Shown: positions 37,085 through 47,788, numbered from the stretch's first letter. The stretch is 64,000 nt of DNA from a virus (IMGVR_UViG_3300030430_004991:15298-79297); one strand, 5' to 3'. Program-made: numbers and translations. Notes: generated by a model not told the origin, from the letters alone.

Positions 37085-40000
37085 TTACTTTCCTCCTGTA
37101 TTAAATAACTTGCCAAAATTATTTGTACACTCATTGCCATCTTTATCGAAAGGATTTTGTCTAACGATTCTTCTTCTCAGGCCCCACGAAAACTCTCCAA
37201 AATTTATAAACGAAATTGCATTTAGTGCTCTTCTCTGTAATGCTTTGAGTATGTCTTCGTTACCAGATTCTTCATTTGGCGGGTCTCTGTCATCATTTCT
37301 ATAAAAAGAAACAAAAAGGCTTCTGGATTGTGCTTTAGAGTCAGCAAAGATTTTTGAAATTTCATTTGAAGGAAAATCTGTTTCGCCTGGGGTTTCTCTC
37401 TCATCCGGAAAAGACCCTAGAGACGGTATAAGATTTATATAAGAATAGATCATGTACAAAGATGGTATTTTTTTTATCTGGAGTACATTGTCCATCAAAT
37501 GTACAAAATTTTCTGTTTTTGTCATTTTATCAACATAGCATTTTAATTCTTGGTCTAAATTGTTATTAGAATTAAGTAATTCTTCAATTGTTACATCTAG
37601 TATGTCTTCTTCGAAAGAACAAATAGGAAAGCTAAACTTAGAACTTTGCAAAACTTTTGTACCAGATTCTGTTTCAAAAGCCGCAGGAAGTTGAATAAAA
37701 GATCTTTTTTCCATTGGGATGTTACTTGTTCCCACAGGTAAAGTAAAACCCTTCGGAGGAATAAAACACAAACGAACACCAAATTTTATACCTATGCTTC
37801 CTTCGTAAGATAATTCATCCTCCGTTAGAACAGCATCGCCGAAATAGTCTGAGATGTTTTTGTCAATGTTTAAAAGAAATCGATTATCATTCAGAAAACT
37901 TTTTAACTCACTAATGCTGACTAGTCCGTTGACTTTTGCTACGTTTATTAAATTATTATCTTTTTTAGGGCTACATACTACAAATTTTTCCAAATAAAAA
38001 CCGCCATGTTCAGATAATCGATCGAATCTTTTATCCGAGATCTCAGTTCCGTTTAGTGCATGATTCATGTCAGCCTTCGCGCATTCTACAAGGTCTCCAT
38101 AGGGTAATGAACCCACACCACCACCTATTGGCACCTCGGCATCGTAAACACCGGCGTTTATTTGCTTGCCCAACATCATATAAGAACCACCAATAAAAAA
38201 CTTTTTAATGTCATAAATCCATGGACGCGGTTCTAATTCATCTCTCATTTTTTTGGTGTAAACGTCTAGTTCTTCTTTTACTACATATTTTAACAACTTT
38301 TTGATGCTAGATTTTATAGAGTTTAAAGCATCAATTTTTACTGCAAATCTAGCTTGCTCTAGACTGATTGGGATTATTGAAAATACCACACTTTCTAGAA
38401 CATTAAGCAAATCAAAACCTCCAGACCCTATTATAGTTGTGCCTCTCTGGATAGCGGCAAATTTATCCAAATCTGATTGGGAAAACTTAATTATTGCACC
38501 AAACCCTCTTGTGTATAAATTGTAATTAAAAACATCACGTCCGTATAATAAAGGGTATGATTCTTGCAACATGTTGCACTCATCAAGTATTTGCTCTATT
38601 TCTAAATTACTTTCCATTTGATTATTTTTGACTCTCCGGCTTACTGTCTGGACCACTTGCTCTAGGAACAGCAGCGCATAGACAGTTCCCTCATAAGTTG
38701 ATGCAAAAAGAGAAGTTTCGTTTGAAATACCTCTATACACTTTTTCTGTTATGTAATTCAGCAGCAAATTGTCATAATTTCTATCAACATCTAAATGTAC
38801 GTTTGCAAAAATAGGAAATGATCGTATCAAAAAATCAGATAAGTAAACTCGTATTGTAGCCCGTACGATACCCTCTAAAGTAGCTAAAGTATCGGGGCTT
38901 GATATTTTATCGAACGGTAATTCTACTGTGCATGTTGGACTGTACGGTAACAATTCGTGCGGTTGAATACTTTGTTTATTTCTGTCGATCTCCTTTAACA
39001 GTGTATCTAGCATTAAAAAATTAGAATTTTTAGGATCACAGCCAGTAGGATTTGGCACTACTATTTTAGAAAAAGCCATCCAGCCCGTGTGCTTTGGTTC
39101 TGCTATATAAATTTTTGGTTCCAAAAACGTACCACCGTGTCTAGTAGGATCTAGAAAGTGCACTCTAGGGTTATTAGTTTTACTTCTTCCTAAAACCCCA
39201 TCTTCTTCATCATAAAAATCTTCGTAAGGTTCCTCGCCGTTCGGGCCAACATAAACCAAATCAGAATCCTGCTCTACTGGGATGTTGGCGTTACCAAACA
39301 AAAATCCTTCTGAGGGCACGCCTACTTGCCTCTCGGTGAATCTTTTAGGCAATCTATTGTAAATTTCTGTATTCATACCCTCAAAAAATGATGTAAAAGT
39401 TTCTGGTTGAAATTCTACATCAAACTCTGACCATATTGACTCTACCATCTTGCCTAATGTTGCTGGGCCGAACGCTAAAGAACTATCCTCAACTTGATAA
39501 TCTTGTGGTATTTGTAAAAAGTTATTATTTGTAAAGTTTATGTGATCCCACAAATCTTGAAATAAAGTTTGCCCATCGGGTAAAAGAGTTTCATTAAGAA
39601 TAATTGTGCTGGTAAAATTATTTATAATTTTTCTACCAAATCTTGTCGTGTTAAATTTTTCATTATCATATGATAATACTGTGGGAAATCCGACCTTATA
39701 GCTTATTTCTTGAGATTCTATAAATTGTTTTAGCTGTATTGCGACTGTCGTAGGGAGTTCTAGCTCTACTCCCAACTGGCCAAAAATTAAACGAAAGAAG
39801 AAATTGTTCTCAATTAACATATGCTTGGTTAGATTGAAGAATTTTTTATTAGACAAAATTTCTAACAATACACCCGGTGGATTGAATGGATTAAAAAAAT
39901 TGTCTTCTACAGTATCATCAATAAATGCTTTTTCTAGACGCTTAAAGATACCAGTTATTGCATTTGAAATTACTATTTGTTTATTTTCTGGGTAGTCGTC

Positions 40001-43000
40001 AAAACTCGGTATAATGCGTTGATCCTTACAATCTGGATCTTTGGGACCAAAAGCATCATTAATAGCTTTATCTAAACCAGGACCATTTAAAAGCAAATTA
40101 GCTGCGTCTGCTAGATTAGTTTTATTTCTCTCGTCTTGTTTTCTAACAAATTCTCTCCCAATCTCTGGATCTGAGAAGGCAGCAATTCTGTTTTGATCCC
40201 ACAAATCTTTTGCTTCTTTTGTCAAACAAATACTTAGGTCAACCGGAAAATCATCTAATGGACTATCCAGTTCATCTATAATGTTGTTTCTCTGTTCTGC
40301 GGTTAAAAAGTTGCCCATTGTTTGAAAAAACTGATCGGTAGACTCTGTGTCTGAAAAAAGTTCAGAAAATTCGGGTAAGGTGTTTTTAACTAAAAAAGAA
40401 ATGTTACCTAAAAAAGCAGGGCTTGGTGAACCTACCATGGCTTGTTTAATCTCTTTTTGTGTGGCACTAACTGACAATAGATTTGCTAAATCTCTATAGC
40501 TGGCGTCACTTTTGCCTCGTGCGCCACCCGCTTGCAAAACATTTCTATTGACTTTATCCCTGTCGTCATCTGCTTTTGCATCTGGACAGAGGAGATTAGA
40601 AACAAAAGCGTCGAAACCACCATCTTGTATCGCTGCAATACCAGCCCGTGTGACATTGCCAATTGCTTGACATAGATCTACATTTAACAATTCTGTTGTT
40701 TTAATTATAAGAGCAACTATTACTCTAGAAGCCAGTTCTCTTAGTGCTACGTACATCGCGTCACCTAGTTGTTCAAGCCAATTAAAGTTGAGTTCCAGTT
40801 CTCTAAGTTCTGGCATAGCGATTCTGGTTTCTTCACTACCACATGGATCGGCTGTTAAGGTGGAAAGAAAAGAGTCTATGGGCGGATAGACTAACGGATC
40901 TTTTCCACATTCAAATCTTGAAATAATTTTTCCTAATAAATTTGCTCCCGGTATGTTCTCAATTGCTCTTTGCAACTCTACAACCGATGCGGTTTTCATT
41001 ATTTCATCAATGTAGGCTTGAGTTAGCGCGCTTTGTACATTCCCTAGCGCTTTTCCTAGGGTGCCAGGCCTGATTTCGTCTTCAGGTGTAATACTGACAA
41101 TTGCGGTTTTTCTTTTTTGTCGGTCGATGACCTCTTGTTGTTCAGTGGGTGTTAAATTTTTAAAATTTTGATACTGCTGTATTTCATCTGCTGTTGCGTC
41201 TGCTTCAAATTTCTTTTTTTCAAGTTTCCTCAGTTCTATGATTAGCTTGCTAACTTCTTGTTCTACTGTTTTAGAAAAACTATCTGTTCCAGCATCTAGG
41301 TCTGCTAAAGATTTTTTTTCGTTATTTATAGATTGTTGAAACGTTACATTATTATCCCTAGCTCTTTCGATTTGGAAAGATGTATCTTCAATTGACTCTT
41401 TGACATTTCTAAGTTGCGTTTCCACGGTATTAATTTGTTCGCCCAATTCCCTACCTTGTCTTTCAATTATTTCATTAACTGCTGTTTCGTCGTCACTTAT
41501 GTTGTCTGCTTGTTGAACGTAAAAATCAAACTGCCTTTGTAAATCAACTAGTTGTGAAGTTAAAGTCATTTGTGAAGAAAATAAAGATCTTTTTTTCTGT
41601 TCTTCACTGATTATAAAATCTAAATTAGTTTGAAGATCTGCTTCTAGCACGGCTATCTTATCTAATAGTTTTTTTCTGTATGCTAGCTTAAACTCTCCAC
41701 TTTTCAATTCTTGTATTCTTTTTTTGATTTCTTCTATTTTTGCTTCAGTTGACATCGATGTGAACTCTGCTGATAGTCTGTCTCCCATAGTTCCCGGACT
41801 GTCTTTGTTCTGTTCAATGTTTTTAACTGTTTGTCTGTCTACTGCTTCTCCCAAAGAACCAGAATCCCATCCAGCCTCCCATGGATAAGGCATGTCTTTA
41901 AATTCACTTCTTACTTTTGCTTCTATTTCTTGTCTCTTGTTTGCTGGTAGTGTTTCTAGGATTATCTCCAGCGCTGCTTCTCCGCTAGAAGTGATGATTT
42001 GCTTTATAAGTGTGTAATACACTTCGTCCAAAGTCAAAGCAGCAGATAAACACTTAATTGCTCCTTCCAAATTAGCTTGCAGATCACAGGGGTTGAAATT
42101 TTTTATAAACTCAGCTATAGCATTTGGTGCAGAGGTTAACCCTTTTTGTAAATTAGTTCCCATTTTCTTTAAAGAACCAATAGGATCATCCCAAACTTTT
42201 TTGCCGTTTTCCATGGCGTTACCAAATCCATTCACAACTGTTTCTGTTGCTTTTTCTGCTTGTCTTTCTCTAGTATTCCAAGCGTCTATTAATTCATCTA
42301 ATTGTTGTACATTTTCACCAGTAAAGAAATCTTTTATTTCTTTATTTTCTTTTATCATTTGTTCTTTGGTTTTACATGCGTTACTATTGTATCGATATTC
42401 TATGGACTTAAATAGACTCATCGCTTCGTTCAAAATAAAATCTGCGATGTCATTAAAGTTAACGCTTAAGCAACTATCTTCTTGAAAGTTACGAGAACTA
42501 CCATAGTTAACTGCTAGTTTCGGAAATGTTTTGCCTACAATAAAATCTAGCCATGGTGGTGTTTTATTACTCTCTAAGGCTGTTCTTATGTTGTTTATAT
42601 CAGAAAAATAACCCATCATTGTTTGATTATTTCTGGCGTATTGCTTGAAAGAATCTAGTCCTTTTTTACAACTAACATACGGACAATTATTTTTTCTAGC
42701 TCTTACACTTTTCACTGCGAATGGTTTATTTTCATCACTTTTATCAAAAGAAACTTCTACTTCAAAAGCAATATTGTGTGATTTTGTTCCTGTGTCTAGA
42801 AAGCCTCGCAAATCAAAATCGTTCTTATTTAATAGCGCATCAAGTTGTCGCACAAATTTTTCAATTCTTTCTTCTGCGTAAAATTTTATATAAAAAGGAT
42901 TACCAGATTTTTCAAAATAAATAGAACCGTTTTCTTCTCTGTAGAAATACGATTGGAACGTTTTAAATGAATTCATCGCAGATTGAAATCTTTGTATTGC

Positions 43001-43756
43001 ATCCATAAACTCAGGAGGTTTTATAACGATTTTGTCTTTTGAAGTATCCATAGAGCCTAGATCTGGTGCATTGGGCACTTCGTTGAATTTATTTGCAGGT
43101 ATCCCTACATGCACGATCATAATCTTAGAAGGCGTTATAAACGTATAATCTTTAACTCTAGCAAATAGCTCTAATGCCTTTGCGTTTTTTATGTCAGGCA
43201 ACATGGTTAAAATCTCTTCATCCACCTCGTCAGTATTAAAGGATTGCGGGATTGCAGCCTCAGTTAATTGATCTTGTCTTTTAACGTACTGTTCGTAGTC
43301 CAAACCAAAAATACCTTTACATGTTTGTCCTGCGGATCGTGGAGGAGAGGCGCAGACTATTTCATCTGTATCTAACTTATCATAAAATCGTAGTATTTTA
43401 CGAACTGCTGGTCTTATGTAAGACTTTAATAGTGTTTTAAAAGGATAAGGAGAGTCGGATAAATTAACAAAACTGTTTCTTTTTGTGCCTTCTGGTACCA
43501 CGGTAGAAGCCACCAATCTCTGTGTGTCGTCATAGTACACATCAGCGTCGATGTTTATCATTACTTTTACTTGATATTCGCACTGCTTTTCATTTAAATA
43601 TGGGTCTTCTGATTGAGTCCAATCTGGTTCGATGTAGTTTGGATTTGGTATACACGTAGGACAAATCTTATCTGGTTCTTTTAATTCTTCTAAGATTTCT
43701 TCTGGTGTTTTAAAACAAGCATCTTCTTGTAATTGTTTAAATTTTGATTCTGACAT
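37085..43756 (-). CDS. very large helical virion protein with central coiled coil
   Basis: 2223 aa in the baseplate module; heptad-rich region at about 41100-41760. Confidence 0.65.
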   Translation of the reverse strand: MSESKFKQLQEDACFKTPEEILEELKEPDKICPTCIPNPNYIEPDWTQSEDPYLNEKQCEYQVKVMINIDADVYYDDTQRLVASTVVPEGTKRNSFVNLSDSPYPFKTLLKSYIRPAVRKILRFYDKLDTDEIVCASPPRSAGQTCKGIFGLDYEQYVKRQDQLTEAAIPQSFNTDEVDEEILTMLPDIKNAKALELFARVKDYTFITPSKIMIVHVGIPANKFNEVPNAPDLGSMDTSKDKIVIKPPEFMDAIQRFQSAMNSFKTFQSYFYREENGSIYFEKSGNPFYIKFYAEERIEKFVRQLDALLNKNDFDLRGFLDTGTKSHNIAFEVEVSFDKSDENKPFAVKSVRARKNNCPYVSCKKGLDSFKQYARNNQTMMGYFSDINNIRTALESNKTPPWLDFIVGKTFPKLAVNYGSSRNFQEDSCLSVNFNDIADFILNEAMSLFKSIEYRYNSNACKTKEQMIKENKEIKDFFTGENVQQLDELIDAWNTRERQAEKATETVVNGFGNAMENGKKVWDDPIGSLKKMGTNLQKGLTSAPNAIAEFIKNFNPCDLQANLEGAIKCLSAALTLDEVYYTLIKQIITSSGEAALEIILETLPANKRQEIEAKVRSEFKDMPYPWEAGWDSGSLGEAVDRQTVKNIEQNKDSPGTMGDRLSAEFTSMSTEAKIEEIKKRIQELKSGEFKLAYRKKLLDKIAVLEADLQTNLDFIISEEQKKRSLFSSQMTLTSQLVDLQRQFDFYVQQADNISDDETAVNEIIERQGRELGEQINTVETQLRNVKESIEDTSFQIERARDNNVTFQQSINNEKKSLADLDAGTDSFSKTVEQEVSKLIIELRKLEKKKFEADATADEIQQYQNFKNLTPTEQQEVIDRQKRKTAIVSITPEDEIRPGTLGKALGNVQSALTQAYIDEIMKTASVVELQRAIENIPGANLLGKIISRFECGKDPLVYPPIDSFLSTLTADPCGSEETRIAMPELRELELNFNWLEQLGDAMYVALRELASRVIVALIIKTTELLNVDLCQAIGNVTRAGIAAIQDGGFDAFVSNLLCPDAKADDDRDKVNRNVLQAGGARGKSDASYRDLANLLSVSATQKEIKQAMVGSPSPAFLGNISFLVKNTLPEFSELFSDTESTDQFFQTMGNFLTAEQRNNIIDELDSPLDDFPVDLSICLTKEAKDLWDQNRIAAFSDPEIGREFVRKQDERNKTNLADAANLLLNGPGLDKAINDAFGPKDPDCKDQRIIPSFDDYPENKQIVISNAITGIFKRLEKAFIDDTVEDNFFNPFNPPGVLLEILSNKKFFNLTKHMLIENNFFFRLIFGQLGVELELPTTVAIQLKQFIESQEISYKVGFPTVLSYDNEKFNTTRFGRKIINNFTSTIILNETLLPDGQTLFQDLWDHINFTNNNFLQIPQDYQVEDSSLAFGPATLGKMVESIWSEFDVEFQPETFTSFFEGMNTEIYNRLPKRFTERQVGVPSEGFLFGNANIPVEQDSDLVYVGPNGEEPYEDFYDEEDGVLGRSKTNNPRVHFLDPTRHGGTFLEPKIYIAEPKHTGWMAFSKIVVPNPTGCDPKNSNFLMLDTLLKEIDRNKQSIQPHELLPYSPTCTVELPFDKISSPDTLATLEGIVRATIRVYLSDFLIRSFPIFANVHLDVDRNYDNLLLNYITEKVYRGISNETSLFASTYEGTVYALLFLEQVVQTVSRRVKNNQMESNLEIEQILDECNMLQESYPLLYGRDVFNYNLYTRGFGAIIKFSQSDLDKFAAIQRGTTIIGSGGFDLLNVLESVVFSIIPISLEQARFAVKIDALNSIKSSIKKLLKYVVKEELDVYTKKMRDELEPRPWIYDIKKFFIGGSYMMLGKQINAGVYDAEVPIGGGVGSLPYGDLVECAKADMNHALNGTEISDKRFDRLSEHGGFYLEKFVVCSPKKDNNLINVAKVNGLVSISELKSFLNDNRFLLNIDKNISDYFGDAVLTEDELSYEGSIGIKFGVRLCFIPPKGFTLPVGTSNIPMEKRSFIQLPAAFETESGTKVLQSSKFSFPICSFEEDILDVTIEELLNSNNNLDQELKCYVDKMTKTENFVHLMDNVLQIKKIPSLYMIYSYINLIPSLGSFPDERETPGETDFPSNEISKIFADSKAQSRSLFVSFYRNDDRDPPNEESGNEDILKALQRRALNAISFINFGEFSWGLRRRIVRQNPFDKDGNECTNNFGKLFNTGGK

Positions 43757-43764
43757 TTTTTACC

Positions 43765-44688
43765 TCACGTTGTAAATACAGAGTCGCTTAAAATATGGTT
43801 TGCGCCAGGCACAAGATCACTATCTAATGCATTTATATCATCAAAAAAAGTGTTCAAAGTTTCGTTTATTGTATTCGCCATTTCTTCTATGTTCTGTTTC
43901 ATTATTGGAGTAGTTCCAATTGCTGCTCCGGGTAACACAGAAACTATTCCACTTAATATTAACATGTTTGTGTTTAGCCCGTTTAGCATGTTAAATATTT
44001 TTCTTTGTGTTTTATTTTTTTTCTTTAAATAATCAGTAAGTTTGTAGCCCAGCACTAATGGATGTAATTTTTGATTTCCGACTTGCAGTTCTATTACTTG
44101 TCCTTTCAAACGTTGTCCGAGACAATTTGTCTCTCCAATTGATGCATCAAAGCCGTCAAAATTTCCTCGCCCTGCGTAGATTCTAACTTTTTCTCTACCT
44201 ACTATTCTTACTTGATCTGCCTTTAAAGCAACAGCAGATTTACGAGAAGAATCCGGTCCGCCAGATGGCTTTAGTCCAAAATATCTATCAATATTTTCAC
44301 ATCTTTGTGTTATGTAAATTCTCGCAGCATCAGAATGAAACATAGGTCCAACTAATTCAATCCCCTTTAATGGATCGACATTGTTTTTTTTATTGTGTTC
44401 TATAATAATTTGACCTCGACCAACTACCAAATCAATCATTCCGCATTGAAGGCCCCCTTTGCCGCCAATTCCAGAGACCCATGTTGCATTTCTGTCTCTG
44501 CCTAGAATGATAGATGAGTTATGATTGCCATCAATTTTTGTTTCGCAAGGCGCTTTATTAAATTCAGGTGTTCTTTCTTCAACATTGGCACAAAAAAAAG
44601 ACGATACGCCATTTTCAACTTGTCGCCTTGTATATTCATCTGTTACGTTTGCAATATTAAAAAGTTTTTTTGTAGATTCTATGCTCAT
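43765..44688 (-). CDS. putative baseplate hub/spike-associated protein
   Basis: Lies between the lysin and the gp25 module; IILGRDR, DAARIYI, ALKADQVRIVGRE beta-strand repeats. Confidence 0.5.
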   Translation of the reverse strand: MSIESTKKLFNIANVTDEYTRRQVENGVSSFFCANVEERTPEFNKAPCETKIDGNHNSSIILGRDRNATWVSGIGGKGGLQCGMIDLVVGRGQIIIEHNKKNNVDPLKGIELVGPMFHSDAARIYITQRCENIDRYFGLKPSGGPDSSRKSAVALKADQVRIVGREKVRIYAGRGNFDGFDASIGETNCLGQRLKGQVIELQVGNQKLHPLVLGYKLTDYLKKKNKTQRKIFNMLNGLNTNMLILSGIVSVLPGAAIGTTPIMKQNIEEMANTINETLNTFFDDINALDSDLVPGANHILSDSVFTT

Positions 44689-44707
44689 TTTTTCCTCAAG
44701 TTATTTT

Positions 44708-46018
44708 TTATACTTTTTTATAAATCTTCCAGGTGTCTATCCACTCAAAGTGCCACCACTCTTCTAGTCCTTTCCCATCTCTCGCCCAAGGTGGAGAATG
44801 AAATCCGTATTTTGGACCATTAACCATAATCCAATTGAAAGTTTCAGAAGCATATCCTGATTTTCCATTGTACCTTGTATTAAAATCAAACGCCAATGCC
44901 CAGCCATGAGGCGAGCGACCAGGTGTTGCAGCCTCTATTTTTTTGAGTCTTGCTTTTTCCCTTATTTCTGCTTTTTGTTTGTCTGTCATTCCGGGCTTAA
45001 TAGTTGCTAAAATCTCCCTACTGGCTGCGATTCTTTTATTTTTTGTGCCTATTTGTCTATTGAAAGTTCTGTACGAATCAGTTAGGTCCATTTTAAATTT
45101 AAAATGACTTTCAAAAGCCATGGCCATTCTCTGAAAATCTCTGGCTGTGTCTATTATAAAAATGCCTCTTTCAAAATTCACTCCGGGGTGGAGTATATCA
45201 GACGGGATTTGACCTAGAATTTCTTTTGGGAGCAAGCCATTTTTAATTACCTTGCCTTTAAAAGCCTCTACCATTCCATTGTAAACTCTCGTTATAGGGC
45301 TGTTTATTTTTCCATCGATTGTTTTATATGTCTTGATGTTTTCCTCTATAGATTTTTCAACATATTCGGTTACTTGAGTATCTAAATCAAATGGCCCAAG
45401 TTGAATTCCAGGTGGTGGTGGTTCATAGGGTTGGTATTTGTCTCTTTTAAACGCTTTTTGGGCCGCAGAGGCTTTTGTTGCATTTGAGGAAGCATAGCTT
45501 GCTAAACTTCCGCCACCGCCGGTCTCTACCTCAACACCCAAACAGCCTATGTTAAAATCTCGTGCCAAACCAATAGTGCTCGGCCTATATGTTAACCCTC
45601 TAAGTCTTCCATCGGATTGTGGGCCCGATCTATAGAAACACTCTACAATGTGTCCATAACCAATAGGATCAACTCCTTCTAGATTTCCACCTAAAAAAGG
45701 ATAACTGGAATCTGGATAGGCAACAGGGTGAAGCGCAAGACATGTCTTGATCTGATTAGAATCCGTGAAGCTACACGGCTCAGGTATCATAAAATCATGT
45801 AAATCCAAAGGTCTCACTCTTATAATTTTTGACTCAGGTTTATTACTGCTAACAGAGAGTGTTTCTGGCAATACAACTGCTCGGAAAGAAGACTTTCCAG
45901 CAAATTTATTAAATAAAGTTTGCTCTACGGCTTTAGAATCCAATTCTTTTTGGAATGAAGAATAAGCAGCAGGAGAAGAAATTCTGTTTCTGATTCTATC
46001 GAAAAGATTTCTGTACAC
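44708..46018 (-). CDS. tail-associated peptidoglycan peptidase (C-terminal M15/VanY-like domain)
   Basis: DSYR, PGRSPHGWALAFD, EWWHFE; about 300 aa N-terminal domain; GTG start. Confidence 0.8.
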   Translation of the reverse strand: MYRNLFDRIRNRISSPAAYSSFQKELDSKAVEQTLFNKFAGKSSFRAVVLPETLSVSSNKPESKIIRVRPLDLHDFMIPEPCSFTDSNQIKTCLALHPVAYPDSSYPFLGGNLEGVDPIGYGHIVECFYRSGPQSDGRLRGLTYRPSTIGLARDFNIGCLGVEVETGGGGSLASYASSNATKASAAQKAFKRDKYQPYEPPPPGIQLGPFDLDTQVTEYVEKSIEENIKTYKTIDGKINSPITRVYNGMVEAFKGKVIKNGLLPKEILGQIPSDILHPGVNFERGIFIIDTARDFQRMAMAFESHFKFKMDLTDSYRTFNRQIGTKNKRIAASREILATIKPGMTDKQKAEIREKARLKKIEAATPGRSPHGWALAFDFNTRYNGKSGYASETFNWIMVNGPKYGFHSPPWARDGKGLEEWWHFEWIDTWKIYKKV

Positions 46019-46306
46019 TTAGTCGTCCTCTTTTTTTATCATAGAGTAAATGTCTTCCATGTCATTTTCTGTCAAACCATCAGACTTTTCATTCTTTGAC
46101 ATGAGAGCGGCGATTTTTACAATTTGCTCGTTTGATCTCTGTAGTGTTTCGACATACTTTGCCAAAGTTAGCCCTATTTGTTGATGCCTAGCTTCATCTT
46201 TTGCAACGAACTTAATAGCATCATCTAGAAGTTCGCGTGTTATTTTGCGGTCTTCTCTAATGTTATCTAGTGCTTCTTTGAGGTGTTCTTCTACTTTTTT
46301 ACTCAT
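46019..46306 (-). CDS. hypothetical helical protein
   Basis: 95 aa; abuts the lysin gene. Confidence 0.75.
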   Translation of the reverse strand: MSKKVEEHLKEALDNIREDRKITRELLDDAIKFVAKDEARHQQIGLTLAKYVETLQRSNEQIVKIAALMSKNEKSDGLTENDMEDIYSMIKKEDD

Positions 46307-46310
46307 ACTA

Positions 46311-46318
46311 TAATTAGA
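46311..46318 (-). promoter_or_regulatory. putative late promoter TCTAATTA
   Basis: Intergenic after gp55, at the head of the structural module; 4 nt before the ATG. Confidence 0.5.
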
Positions 46319-46323
46319 TTTAT

Positions 46324-47013
46324 TTAGATTTTTGCATTATACCAGTCATCTCTAAATAATTTGTATTTTTTTCTAAACTTATTTAATTGAGTGACAATCT
46401 GCTTGGTGTTCATACCGGTTATCTCACGAAGATAAAGATAGATAGCTTTTTTATTAAAAATTTCAATCTCTTCAACAGAGTTTAACACTATTCTAATTGC
46501 TTCATAAACTTTTTTTTCGTTTTCATTCATGTCATTTGTGCCCCATCCGTCCATCTCTGTTGTAAGATGTTGCCAGAATTCTTTCTTCTCTCTGTCTTTG
46601 TGATAAGGATTGTAATACACAATTTGCTCGAAACTTAGTTCTTTCAATGCATCTTCATAATCTACTTCTCTTTTTGCCCTCTTGGTTCTTTGTTTTACTT
46701 TGTGTATAAACCAGTTCTTAGTTATCACACTAAAATAGGAAAAGGCTTTTGATCCCTTATTGGGATCGTATTTTGCTAGTATAGTAGTAAGCCAAATTTT
46801 GCAATCTTCTCTGAGTTCGTCAATGTTGGGCAAAGTTGTAAATTTGTATGTAAAAACAATCTTATCAACCATTTCACTAAAAGCAGGTTGAATTAATTTT
46901 ATGTAAAGGTCTGTTTTTTCTTTTCGGCACTCTGATGTCGCGTACTTAACTATCGCGTCTTCGTGTACCTGCGTAAAATACATCCTTTTGTTGGGGTTCC
47001 GGCGTCTCGGCAT
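46324..47013 (-). CDS. gp55: late-transcription sigma factor (T4 gp55-like)
   Basis: YF..., KYDPNKGSKAFSYFSVITKNWFI (region 2-like); likely start ATG 47013 after a GAGG SD. Confidence 0.75.
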   Translation of the reverse strand: MPRRRNPNKRMYFTQVHEDAIVKYATSECRKEKTDLYIKLIQPAFSEMVDKIVFTYKFTTLPNIDELREDCKIWLTTILAKYDPNKGSKAFSYFSVITKNWFIHKVKQRTKRAKREVDYEDALKELSFEQIVYYNPYHKDREKKEFWQHLTTEMDGWGTNDMNENEKKVYEAIRIVLNSVEEIEIFNKKAIYLYLREITGMNTKQIVTQLNKFRKKYKLFRDDWYNAKI

Positions 47014-47335
47014 TTGTGTTTTCCTCTTGTTGTGGCACATCTTCTTCTTCAAATTCTTCTAGAAAAAATTCTGGATCTTCATAATCCTCTAAAATGTTAC
47101 CAATAGACACGGTGTGGTCTATCAGAAACTTTAAAGTTTCATCTCCGTAAAACATTTCCATGGAATAAACAGATTTTAAATGCGCTCGATAATTAGCAAT
47201 GATTTCAGACACATCCCCTATATTATCGTATATAAAAGCAAGTTTTGTTGTGAGTTGACGAGAATACCAATACATAAGTCCGTTAAAAATTAACGAAATT
47301 GCTAATGCTATTGATATTATTACTATACTACTCAT
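46946..47335 (-). CDS. hypothetical membrane-anchored protein
   Basis: N-terminal TM IVIISIALAISLIFNGLMYW, EMFYGDETL, acidic tail. Confidence 0.7.
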   Translation of the reverse strand: MSSIVIISIALAISLIFNGLMYWYSRQLTTKLAFIYDNIGDVSEIIANYRAHLKSVYSMEMFYGDETLKFLIDHTVSIGNILEDYEDPEFFLEEFEEEDVPQQEENTNAETPEPQQKDVFYAGTRRRDS

Positions 47336-47582
47336 CGTATTCAATCCTTGTTTTTTTCTCTTGTCTTAAGATTTCTTTGTTTTCTTCGATGTATTCTTTC
47401 ACCAAAGAACCAGTTTCCCTTTCGCCTTGTTCTTGTTTTCTCACAATAGTAGTGAGTTGAGGTATTCGGGTCAAAACTCCCTCACTACCGCAAACTTTAC
47501 AGTCTTCAAGGCGTTCTGTCATACCGTGCCTTACCTCATACTCGTTCGCACAAACAGAGCATTTATAACAGTATTTTGGCAC
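47328..47582 (-). CDS. FmdB-family zinc-ribbon protein
   Basis: MPKYCYKCSVC...E..H.M.....CKVCGS. Confidence 0.85.
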   Translation of the reverse strand: MPKYCYKCSVCANEYEVRHGMTERLEDCKVCGSEGVLTRIPQLTTIVRKQEQGERETGSLVKEYIEENKEILRQEKKTRIEYDE

Positions 47583-47788
47583 TATAGTGGCCCTTCTAGA
47601 ACAGGACCCTTCACACTATTTTTTACTTCCACTTTTGGAGGATTCATTACAACCAATTGTCCGGAATCGTCAACTTGAATTTGAAATTCCTGGAGAACGG
47701 GCACAATGTCGGTTTGCTCCATAAGTGATTTTTGTAATGCCATCATGATTGCTCCAACGGCTTGATTTGATAATTTATGATCTTTCAT
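47582..47788 (-). CDS. hypothetical protein
   Basis: 68 aa, coupled to both neighbours. Confidence 0.7.
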   Translation of the reverse strand: MKDHKLSNQAVGAIMMALQKSLMEQTDIVPVLQEFQIQVDDSGQLVVMNPPKVEVKNSVKGPVLEGPL

